A stretch of 64,000 bases of DNA from Leptogorgia sarmentosa (taxonomy: Eukaryota), in contig OZ210885.1 of the NCBI GenBank assembly GCA_964658305.1, positions 3,906,001 to 3,970,000 of the forward strand. The letters run 5' to 3'. Below, in pieces: positions 42,001 to 53,984 of this stretch (positions are counted from its first letter, which is position 1; the number at the start of each line of letters is the position of its first letter). Both the position numbers and the translations under genes were made by a program. Below the pieces are notes generated by a model, which saw only the letters and a program-made list of their open reading frames with translations, was not told where the DNA came from and searched no databases.

Positions 42001-42823
42001 ATACGTATCTCGACATGCCATGGATACGTATCTGGACATGCATGCCGCGGACACGTATCTGGAAAGCATGGCGCGGATACGTATCTGGACATGCATGCCG
42101 CGGATACGTATCTGGACATGCATGGTGCGGGTACGTATCTGGAAAGCATGGCGCGGATACGTGTCTGGACATGCATGCCACGGAGACGTATCCGGACATG
42201 CATGCCGCGGATACGTATCTGGACATGCCGTGGATACGTATCTGGACATGCATACCGAGGATACACATGTGGCATGCATGGCGCGGACACGTATCTGGAA
42301 AGCATGGCGCGGATACGTATCTCGACATGCCATGGACACGTATCTGGACATGCATGCTGCGGATGCGTATCCGGACATGCATGCTGCGGGTACGTATCTG
42401 GAAAGCATGGCGCGGATACGTATCTGGAAAGCATGGCGCGGATACGTATCTGGACATGCCGCGGATATGTATCTGGACATGCCATGGATACCTATCTGGA
42501 CATGCATGCTGCGGATTCGTATCTGGACATGCATGATGCGGATACGTATCTGGAAAGCATGGCGCGGATACGTATCTGGAAAGCATGGCGCGGATACGTA
42601 TCTGGAAAGCATGGCGCGGATACGTATCTGGACATGCCATGGATACGTATCTTGACATGCATGCTGCGGATACCTATCTGGAAAGCATGGTGCGGATACG
42701 TATCTGGAAAGCATGGCACGGATATGTATCTGGAAAGCATGGCACGGAATCGTATCTGGATATGCCGCGGAAACGTATCTGGACATGCAATGGATACGTA
42801 TCTGGACATGCATGCTGCGGATA
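39076..42823. repeat. Complex 23-27-bp satellite, segment 1
   Basis: Units GCATGGCGCGGATACGTATCTGGAAA, CATGCCGCGGATACGTATCTGGA and CATGCATGCTGCGGATACGTATCTGGA. Confidence 0.97.
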
Positions 42824-43027
42824 CAGCCTCGTACCCAGGCTCTTCGCAGGGACGCAAGGGCGGGCGCGCAAGGGGTCTTGGGGAGGTTGCAATTGGGAAG
42901 CGAAGAGCCTGGCAGAAAGTGGCGTCAAAGTGGTAAATCGTGACCGAAATGTGGAAAATCGAAGATGTCTTGATTTTGAAGGAATTTTCGTGGCTATTTA
43001 TACTTGGTAATGATTAGTTGGGATGCA

Positions 43028-46000
43028 ATGGATGATAAAGAAGACTCTCTGCGGCCAGAAAGTCCCGAAGGTAAATATATTTCGAATTCATGAACTGAGT
43101 AAAACGGCATTTTAGACAGTAGACAGATCAGGACAACATTCATATATGTTTTGATATCAAGGATCACAACAAGAGGTTTTAATTTGTAACATAATTTAAT
43201 AATTAGACTGTCACTGTGTATTGACTGGATCTTACGAGCTAGTTTCTAAAGCCCTGTTTTTGAAAGACATTTTTGAGTGGATTACTAGTCACTTATATGA
43301 ATTAAATGCGAATTATTGGTTGTGTTAAAAATTTAAATGAGTGAGTCTTTGTTTTATTTCCATACAGATATGGCTGACGAGTTCAATACCTCGTTTCAAG
43401 AACTAACAATTGACGGTATTTAAACAAAGTTATTATGTATTTGCATGCTAACTATAGACTGTTATTACTTACATACACTAAAAGTAAAATGTATTCAATT
43501 CTATTGAAATTTTTTCGTTGTTTTGACAAATTTGTAGATGATGACAATGAAAGTGTTAGTATGATGGGTAGTAGTACCCCACCGCAATCTCCTCACCATC
43601 TACCTGCTCAAGGAGAAAAACATGGCTTAACACCAAAATCAAAAGCTGCTGTTGAATCCAAACCCAAACGATTTGCAGGTCTGTTATCATTATGTTGTGA
43701 CTATATGGTCTGGATAGCTGGTCACGGTTGATGAGATGCTAAATGACTGGCACTAATTGCTTATATTTTCTATGCATAAAAATTTTTATATAGTAAATTG
43801 CTTTGCATATGCATACCCGGAAACAAGTATTACTAGCCAATATCATTTAGTATTTCATAAAATGTGACCATGGATTGCTGGTAATTATTATGCCTGTAGT
43901 CATTGTCTTTGTAGTTTTATTAAATTATTTCAGCTACATAATTTTCCCAATAATAATTAGTTCAAAATATGTTCTTCTGATACAGGCTATAACCCATCAA
44001 GTCGCCAATGTCATGTAAGACGACAACCATTGGAAGATGACTTGAAAAGGATTGTGGCATACAAACATGGTTCAGATAATTATGTTGAACAATCAGCATT
44101 GCTGATTTTGTTAAACTTGGAGGCACATGAAAAGAACTTGCTTACAAGAAGTGTTACATCCATCTTTCCAGACAGCATCAAGAAGCGTATAATGGTTGAT
44201 GGCCAGACAAAGTATCCTTAAAAAATAAACTGTGACCATAGTCTGGTCTGTTTCCATAAGAAAAGAGCAGCCTACAGTATGTCCGGTTGTTCAAACCTAG
44301 GTTAGCTTAACCCTGGGTTAGTGAAAAGTTGAAAAGCAAAATTCTGGGCGCCTGATTGTTGAGCCGTTGTAGTTTCTTAACATACTGTAACTGTTGTGAA
44401 TTGGTTGAAGTGTTGTGAAGTGAATTTTAAACAAGAACAACATACTGGTAAAATAGAACAGTGGGTAAACTTTTAACCCTAGGTTAGCGCTAACCCATCT
44501 TTGAACAACTCAGCCCTGTTATTTTGTACAAAATGATTGACAGTTTCAATAGTCTTTTGGAAGAGAAAAATACACATGCTATGGGAATTGAACTCTTATA
44601 CCCAGGATGACAAACCAGTTATGCAACCATGGTACACTAACTTGTTGCTGTCAAGTTTGTCTACATAAAAAATGTTTACATATTGTTATAAATCTTAACT
44701 ATGAAACAGAGTTGTCTACACCAACCTTGTTATTAGGTCGTATGGTAAGAACCCAAACATAAGTAAGGAGTTGTTCAGGGAAGTGAACAAAAACATTTCA
44801 CTGATGCAACATCAAATTGAGGAGATGAAACAACAACTTTTAAAAGATCAAGATAATCTAAAAGTAGCATTAGATGCTGAAGACCTGGTTCTATCAAAAA
44901 GACTTTCTGATCAACATTGTTTAAATGTGAAACATTATTTGGAGTTCAATGAAGCACTGGTTACATTGTATGAACATGAAATAAAGAAGCTACAAGATTC
45001 CCAAGAGGATGGTCCGGTCACTGTTTCCCAAAAGAAACAAATTGAAAAAGAAACGAAATTTATGGAGAAAATATGCTGTGTTGGTTTGAGGGAAAGTGGA
45101 GATGTTCAAAGTATTACTGATACAAACATTTTCCGTGACATGCTACATGATTTTGAAGAAAAGTGCCCCTTATTGCATGGTATCCTGGAAACTCTCTTAG
45201 TCACAGACCACAGGAGGAGAGTTCATAAAACAGTTGAATACAAATTGACTTGTGGAGTGAATGCATTGGCCCTCTTGTTGAGTGTAAGAAACCAGATGTG
45301 TAAAAATGATGTTAGTCTCCTACTTGGTCTTGTATGTATCACATATGGTGCTGGGAAACAATTCATCAACTTACTTCATGCTATTGGCTTGACTCCACAT
45401 TGGGACACATTGTATGTACTAAATAAAATTATTTTCCTTCGCCTTTTTTCTATCATGGCTTTTCAAAATATTCTTCATAATGAACAATTTTTTCACATCT
45501 TTTTTCCAGAAACAATTTTCTTGATGAGCAGTTGAGAAAACTTCCTGAAACTATATCCGATAACTGTCCTGACACATCACCAATCATGTTGCTGATGGAT
45601 AACATCAATCTTTACAGAGGACGAAAACGCCATCTCCGACTTTTTAAAGACCAAGGGCCCAAAATGTGGAATTTTACCGGTCGAGCTGTTGTTATCCCTG
45701 ATATTGCTGACATTGAGCATTTAATGAAACGCCCTACAACTGTAACCATGTCACAAACAGATGTCACTGCCATTAAATGTGATGATTTAGTTTTGGGTAA
45801 GAATCATTTTCAAATGTAAATTATTATCAATTACTTACAGTATTGTTTGAGCTTAAAAACTTTGACCTTTTATTTGAAGGTGCTGAAGGTGCTTATATTA
45901 AGTGCTTTTTAGTGCTTAACAAGATTTAATGATACTATAAATTATATGTTAGATGGCCTGACACTTAATGTTCATACAGAATTACCAATCACTCCCACTT

Positions 46001-49000
46001 AACTCTTAGACTAAAAAAATGGATGAATAATTAAAAAATATTTTTACCATTGATAAATGGTAAAAATATCACAAACAATTCAGTGGCGAAGCCAGCCTGA
46101 CAATTTGGTCCTGCTACTGTATGCAAATTCTTCCATGTTCATGCAGAGTAAAATATTTTTTATGTCAGGCCACACTTGTTTACCATTAGACTGTTAACGC
46201 AGGTGCTGGCTGCAAATGGCCTCTTAAAGATTTTACTCTGGCTAACAACAGACAGTTTTAGTCATCAAGGGGAAAGCTCCCAGCGGCAGTGGTTAAACTT
46301 CAAAATTTAAACCTCTATTACTCTTTTTACCATTCGGCATTAAGTATGTAATCACACAGGATCTTGTGCACAGTAATTAATGCAAAAGCCACCATGCATG
46401 GTGAGCAATTTGGCCAGTCTGTTCTTCAAGGATCACTCCTGTAGAGTGCATTTAGTTGAACAAAATCTTGCACTCTTCCTGATGAATCACAATTGTCTCT
46501 GTTATTTTCAATTAGAATCCATGCCTGAACACAAGAAAATCTGGAATGACTGGTGTGACAGATATTATTTGGAATTAATTAATATGAGTGTGAATGAAAT
46601 ACCTAAACCACCAAAGGATTTTAATCAAATGGAAGAAGCTGAGTTAAATTCCTGGCTTTCGAAAATTGACTTCAACGAGGTCCCACACCAAGAGAAACAA
46701 TTAAAAATCGATGTTCCATTGAAGCAAGACCTTTGTCAAAAGAGTCAAACATCAAAGACAGAGGTATTCAACCTTCCTTTATCTTTGGAAGATAATTCAA
46801 CACTGAATGGTACAGCATCAATATTTAACGAGTTTGCCAAAGAATTTTCCTTTCCATGCCCCACAAAGAGTGAGATCCCATTTAATAAGTCAGAAAAGAA
46901 GTTCGATCTTCATGCTGGTCGTAAACAGTTTGATTTTATGAGGTCGGTAGAGCTGCATCATGCACAAATGAATGAGTTCGAAAAGCAGTTGAAGAGCATA
47001 GAAAAGGGGTTGGATGGAGTTACAGTTGAAGATCTCCCCCCATCTTCAGACAGCGATTCTGATGATAGTGGAGATAAGGATACCCAAGAGTCTGTATCAA
47101 CCAACAACAGCAAAACTCCACTACAGCAAAAGGATGAGATTTTTGCAGAACTCTGTCAGAAAATCAATGCACAGGTTCAAAGTCATGCCCAATCTGACTA
47201 TTCTCTTGACAAACTTGTAGGCGAATTGATGAAAGATAGTAAGTCACTGAATTCCACAAAAGACAGATATGAGAGAACTATTTTTCATTATGCAGTTGAG
47301 ACAAGAAACCATGCACTGGTAAGGGTACTGCTAGCTATTGGAGTGAACCCAAATTGCAAGGAAGGCTGCGGAGCTACCCCACTGTCAATTGCTGTGATCA
47401 ACTCAGATGTTGCTATGTGTAAGCTGTTGCTTGATAACTTTGCTCTTCATAGCGGTCCATTTTATAGCAACATACCAAGCCCTTTGGCAATGGCAAATGC
47501 AATGGAATTAGAACAAATTGTTACTTTGATTGAAGATAATGTTAAAAGTAATGAAAACCCATTGTTACCCATTCTACACAGCAAGAACAGTGCACCCAAA
47601 GTAACTCCACCAACTTGTGAAAGTTCTGATCCAGAAGACCATTTTGAAACTGCATTCACATATAAAAGATCAGTTTCTGAAGGCTTTCCTACAGGAATTG
47701 TGGGTGACGTTGGGACATGTAAGTTAAATCGAAGTGTGAAAAATAGGAACCTTACAGCATATGGTTGGTCTACCGAGATCCCAGGAGACATGCATGCTAA
47801 AGGCCATCTGTGTGAAGCTGCTTTTAAAGCTCACAGTAAAGGTGGTTTTCATAAAATGGTGAGTGATGTCATGAAAAGACCGAAATTGACAGAAGAGGCC
47901 TTTAAGAAAAGAAAACTTCAGGAACAAAATCTCCAACATATACAGGAAGCTGTTCGGGATGGTAGCATTGCTTATTGTGTTGCAGCTGTTCAAGAGTTTA
48001 TGTTGTCGAGTACATTTCCATCTGATGATGATTTGAAGGATAATGAAAGAAAATATGGAAATCATAACAAGATTTTGCTGGAAAGATTCAAGCTTTGGTT
48101 GAAGGAATGCAGTGACATTGATCAAATGCATAAATACCATCAGCAGCTGTTTAGCTTGTTTGGTCCATTGTTGGATATGTTTATCACAGCAGGACGGGAA
48201 GGAGATGGCTTATTGCGAGAAACATCATGGGTTCTTTTGCTACCGATTTTCGCTCAACTGGATTTTCGGAACTACTGGACAGAAGCATTCGTTCATGTTG
48301 TGAACTTTACTTCCCTGTGGCCACTGGCATTTAGATGTATGGTGAAGAATAATTGCACGATTAACATCAGTGGGAAGCGTGGTCATAACTTAGATCTGGA
48401 TGAATATGTGGAAACATATATTGTCAGACCTCTAAAAATGTATTCATCAGGTAATTTTTTTCAGTTGAATTATTTTTATTAGAGGAATAGTGTCACACTT
48501 AGTCAAAGAAAAAGTATGTGCTTTTTATAAAAAAAATTTGGTGTATGATACTGAAAGAAATGTCTTAATCGGAAGACATTGTTACCTGTATAACAAATGA
48601 AAAAGGCACTATTTATTTTCTGTTGGCTACGAAAGGAACAAAGCAGAAAAAATGTCTTTTAGTTTTAGATAAAATTACAGGCTTGTTAGCGAAACATTTT
48701 CATACAAAGTTTACGGTCTGGAAGGTTACGTAAGGTCTGGAAACCAGCAATAAACATACTTTTTCTTTGGCCATAAGCATGTTTTCTGAGCTGCATGTAC
48801 TTTGTTTACAAAGTTGGCTAGAAATTATGGAATGTTCTTGTTCTTTAGAGATTTCCATTGCACTATACGAGTAGTGGCAATAGCAAAATCTTTGCAATTT
48901 TATTCTATTCAATACAAGTGATACCAGCTTGAAAAATGCAGCACAACAGCCTTTTAATATCTATCCTTTTACGTAGGTCACACCTCGGTTGAAATGTGCA

Positions 49001-49374
49001 AGCGACTTATGGGCAGCCTTGACCTGCTACGGTCAGTAAGAAGCGTCTACTTTCACCCACAATCATTCAATTACCACCAAACGACAAAGCATAAAACTCA
49101 GAGCTCCGTCCCAGATATAATTAAAGGAATGTGGTTTTGTCTCTACAACAAGTTCTTCGAAGTATCCTCCGGACGAATTCCACTTGAGCTGCCAATAAGG
49201 AGTACAAATGAAGGTAGAAAGAAAGTGCCATTGAGGTTAATTGCCATTGTTGAAAAAGGTGAACAGAAAGTAAAGGAGAAAATGAAAGCGAAGCTCCATG
49301 AATGCTTTCCATTGTTCCGGTTAGCATCACCGGAATCTATTCTAGAGGATGAGGAGGAAGAAGTAGTGACATGA
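43028..49374 (+). CDS. Academ-type transposase with ankyrin-repeat insertion (8 exons, about 1259 aa)
   Basis: Exons 43028-43070, 43368-43415, 43538-43678, 43986-44211, 44710-45411, 45510-45796, 46516-48450 and 48977-49374 sum to 3780 nt in frame. Motifs LMDNIN, IVGDVGT, PGDMHAKGH and NLDLDEYVE parallel those of element 2. First three small exons are less certain. Confidence 0.82.
44212..44709 (+). other. Putative U12-type (minor spliceosome) GT-AG intron
   Basis: 5' GTATCCTT; branch-like TCTTAAC about 10 nt before CAG; no polypyrimidine tract; splicing restores the frame (GQTK|VVYTN). Confidence 0.75.
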
Positions 49375-49433
49375 ACAATGCTTTTTTATAACACAACAGT
49401 GCAGCTGAAAAACCACAGTTAAATAGTTATGCA

Positions 49434-52400
49434 TTATAGTCTTAGAAAAATTCTGATTTCTCTATTTCTTAAGGAAATAGCCTTCTGTCCTTGAGTAATG
49501 AACGGCGATGTGAATTTGTCATTTGAAGCTCTCATATTCTCAGCAAGAACACCACTGATAATCAAATGCTGTATAAATTTCATTGCATCTCCATCATTCT
49601 TGAAAACCTTTTGGCCTATTCCATAATGGGGGATATTATGGAAACCCTTGCTCTCCACATCCTTCTTAGATTTTGAGCCTCTGAATGTTAGTGCTAACTG
49701 TCTGGCACTAATTTTTGCATGAATTTGACACATTTCAGCAACACATAAGCATACATTAATTGCTTCAGGAGTATAATCCTTAGGAATTGCAGGTGGTTTC
49801 AAACAGTTGTCACAATGTCCTTCACAATCAACTGTTGAAGAGTCGTCAAAATACTCCAAAATGACTTTTCTCCTGCATGTTGAGGACATGCAATATGAGA
49901 CAACACTATCCAATGACCGTAGCAAGTAGTCTTTGTGCTCCGGTGATTCGGTTGAAGTAATTTGCTGAATTCTTTTGCTTCTGTCTTCAAAGCGAAACAT
50001 TACAATGCATTCAGAGTTAAGGCCATCTCGTCCGGCCCTTCCTGCTTCTTGGTAGTATTCCTCAATGGTTTCAGGAATTGTGAAATGGATCACATAACGC
50101 ACATTCTCTTTGTCGATTCCCATTCCGAATGCACTTGTAGCACATATGATTTGAACATTTCCTGACAGCCATTTTCTTGCATTCTCACTTTTCTCAAAAT
50201 AATCAAGTTGGCCATGATAGTAAGCTGCTGGCAAGCCTTTTGTTTTGAAAATGTATGCTAACTCAATTGTATCTCGAGTGGTTGCACAATAGACAATACC
50301 ACAGCAATCAGGGAAATTAGCACCCACGTAATCGACTAACTCCTCCTTTGCATGTGGTCCACTTTTTGCTAGGACACGATAAAACAGATTTGGTCGGTTA
50401 CAGGTTGACTGAATGATAACTGGCTCAACAAGTAGTAACTTCTCAATGATCCTCTGCTGAGTTGTAGCTGTAGCAGTGCCAGTGAAAGCTGCAATGGGTA
50501 CATTAAACTTCTTGAGTTCAAACAGAGATGCATATGATGGCCTGAAAGTTTGTCCCCAAGTGTCTATGCAATGCGCTTCATCAATAACAAATCGTGATAA
50601 TGTTTTGTTGACTGCCATTTGCTCAAAACATAATGTTACTGACGATGAAAGGGCAGATTCTGGAGTCAGATAGAAGAATTTATAACATGGTGCTTCTTTA
50701 GTTAATTCATGCAGAACTGCATCTCTTGCTTCTGGTGCCATAGACGAATTGATGTAACAGACAGAGATTCCAAGTTTTTTTAGTTTTTCAACTTGGTCAT
50801 CAAGCAATGCCATCAAAGGTGTGATAACAACAGTAACACCTGCAGCTACTATACCAGGAATCCAGTAACAAACAGATTTTCCAGTACCAGTTGGCATGAT
50901 TGCAACAGTATCCTTGTTATGCATCAATGTGTCTATCACCTTCCGTTGTTCGCCTCGAAACTTTTCATGACCAAAGACCTTCCTCAAAATATCTATCACC
51001 ACATCTCCTGTATCTTCATCATATCTCATAGCTGTTGGTGGAAGTGTCATGCTTGTGGGATCAATTGGTGTATGAAATGTGAGATCCTGAAAATTTAAAA
51101 ATCAAGTAAATAATGACAATAACTGCAAAACTAATACACAAATATCATATACTACTGGAATCCTAATTAATAATGGGCTGCTTTGATAAAGAACAAAATT
51201 CACTTTAGCTATAATTGTTAAGATTCATTAACTTGTATGTCTTATATTGCCTGGATAATGCACGTTGATTTTGACCCAAACAAGTTAATTTAAGCTCATT
51301 AGGCTGTAGTGGTGACAGCAGACAGATGGCAAGATTATATAAATAATAATAATTATTTCTTATATAAATAATAGTAATTTGTAATTAACCAATTCCACAC
51401 TTTAACTTTGTTGGATGAACTTTGCTGTTGCTATGTACGTAAATTTATTGATTTTAATAAAATTAGTGTTGAATAAAGCAAGGTTTTTCTGGGGGTTACC
51501 AACAAGGGGCCCATTGCATTTCCAGCATTCTGAGAAAACATTTTAACACAAAAACATGCAGAATATTTAATATTAGCTATTCCACTATCTTTTATTAACT
51601 ACTGCTACCCAGCTGCCTTTAATTCATTAACATTATTAGGATGAATGTCATGCACCCATGTTGACCAATGTGTAGAGGGATGTCCTAAATCCACTGGTAT
51701 AAATCATGAAACATTTCATCCTGAGTTTTACTCTGTCATATTTTTTAAAGGTGATGTCCACTCCCAGAATGTAAACTAAATATCTAATATTGTTCTAGTT
51801 TGCTATGCTCCTAAATTAATATAAACCACAGTTTCGGTTCATAAAAAGAAAATGTGAAATTTGGGCAGTGTAGAAAGTGCCAGTGGGGGGGGATTATATA
51901 TTCATGTTCTGCACAATTAATTTATTTTGAAATCTATTGTTTTTACAGTTTGTGAACACAAATATATGAATACACTGTATGTCTCCCCACTTATCAAATC
52001 CGGTTATGTGAATTTGGGCAATGTTACATATATCTGTGGCTGCCATTTGTTATGTGCAGAATGAAGTGGGAATCACCTTTAACATGTAATTCTGCTTATT
52101 TCAAAAATCTGGCATTTAAGTAATATGTGACAAAGGGAAAAAGAAAATCCCAAACTTACCCTTTTGATAAAGAAACATTCAATGTTGAACAATGATGTAG
52201 ACTGGTTATCTGTATCATTATACCAGCAATGAAATTTTGCCTGCAATCCCACTCCAGCCAGCTCAACAACACATGGCTTACTGCCTTGGCTATATGGCTT
52301 TAGTAGTCCAGCATGATACAAAATTAAACACATGAACTGCACAGCCTCTTGTTCAGTTTGAACAATGCAATTCATATCTCTACCTTGAGATGTTGCCTTC

Positions 52401-52995
52401 ATTTCTTTGTATTTTGCACCCTAAAAGAATTTAAAACCTTTAAATATTTTTCTAATACAAACTCAAAGTTTATCATTAACAAAAAGTTTACTTAAAGTGA
52501 CACAATATGGTGATCTATGGCCATGGGTCAATATACCGTACTGTATGTAATTCTACATCACATATTCGATGTCGATATGTTTTGCTTTAATAACCTCACC
52601 ATGGTATAAATATTATTAGGCATGAAATGATGAATCGTGATTCATGAAATTGAATTTTGTGCCTTATCTATTGATAACAATCATAGAAACTCTACCTTAT
52701 TTCTACGGTACTCGAATAGCTTTTCAAAACACTCCACCGTTTCTTGCGCATGAAGTTCTCTCGTCATTCGTGCACACTCTTTCATATAATCCATGGTGAG
52801 ACGTTCCTTATGTTTGACACGAAAATGACGTTCAATTCCAGTTTCTTCGAAGAATGCCTTCTGGTCAATGCACTCGCGTTTAAAACAAACGATCTTCCCA
52901 ACGGAAGCGTTTTTGTGGATAGGTCTTTCGATCTCACGTAACGCTTCATTGATTTCGTAAACATCTTGAACATTTGCATATGTGTGGTCGGCCAT
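49434..52995 (-). CDS. RecQ-family helicase of element 1 (3 exons, about 737 aa)
   Basis: Exons 52995-52696, 52420-52160 and 51086-49434, all phase 0. Motifs MPTGTGKS, IDEAHC, TGTAT, FGMGIDK, QEAGRAGRDG; Zn cluster CRR..CEGHCDNC followed by a winged-helix-like tail. Confidence 0.92.
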
Positions 52996-53097
52996 TTTGA
53001 ATTCACTTTCTGCCAGGCTCTTCGCACCTTGCGACCTCCCCAAGACCCCTTGCGCGCCCGCCCTTGCGTCCCTGCGAAGAGCCTGGGTACGAGGCTG

Positions 53098-53764
53098 CTG
53101 CGGATACGTATCTGGAAAGCATGCTGCGGATACGTATCTGGAAAGCATGGTGCGGATACGTATCTGGAAAGCATGGTGCGGATACGTATCTGGAAAGCAT
53201 GGTGCGGATATGTATCTGGAAAGCATAGCGCGAATACGTATCTCGATATGCCGCGGAAACGTATCTGGACATGCCATGGATACGTATCCGGACATGCATG
53301 CTGCGGATACGTATCTGGAAAGCATGGTGCGGATACCTATCTGGAAAGCATGGTGCGGATACGTATCTGGAAAGCATGGCACGGATATGTATCTGGAAAG
53401 CATGGCACGGATACGTATCTGGATATGCCGCGGAAACGTATCTGGACATGCCATGGATACGTATCTGGACATGCCGCAGATACGTATCTGGACATGCATG
53501 CCGCGGATACATATCTGGACATGCATGCCGCAGATACGTATCTGGACATGCGGCGGATACATATCTGGGCATGCCGCGGACATGTATCTGGACATGCATG
53601 CCGCAGAAATGTATCTGGACATGAATGCCACGAAGACGTATCTGGACATGCCTACCACAAATACGTATCTGGACATGAATGCCACGAAGTCGTATCTGGA
53701 CACGCATACCGAGGATACACATGTGGCATGCATGGCGCGGACATGTATCTGTGCATGCAAGGTG
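53098..53764. repeat. Satellite segment 2, between the two AcademH elements
   Basis: Same units as 39076-42823, more degenerate toward 53760. Confidence 0.95.
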
Positions 53765-53984
53765 TAGCCTGCGCGCAGTCTCAACGGGGGAGGGGAAACT
53801 ACGGGATCAAATTATCGGATCAAATTAAAGAAAATGTTTAGGTAGAGACTGCGAATCGGCGGCCGAATGCTTGTTCTGGTCACGTGGATTTCCCCCAAAA
53901 AGCGGGGAAAGACTCTCATTGGTTATTTGGTAATTATGCATATTTTATACATAAATTACGCATTATAATATTTTCGCGAAGAAA

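Larger units (their letters stand above)
42824..53097. mobile_element. AcademH-type DNA transposon, element 1 (apparently intact, autonomous)
   Basis: 64-bp perfect TIRs beginning CAGCCTCGTACCCAGGCTCTTCGC; 9-bp TSD CTGCGGATA (42815-42823 and 53098-53106); convergent transposase and RecQ helicase genes. Confidence 0.9.

Noticed and set aside
39076..42823. CRISPR-like look (palindromic repeat core with variable linkers)
   Set aside because: Linkers are short, drawn from a few recurring variants and are not unique spacers; no cas genes; eukaryotic context
39043..43010. Very long ORFs (up to 1228 aa) in several frames on both strands
   Set aside because: By-product of a satellite nearly lacking stop codons; mixed unit lengths of 23, 26 and 27 bp keep shifting frame; no domain signal
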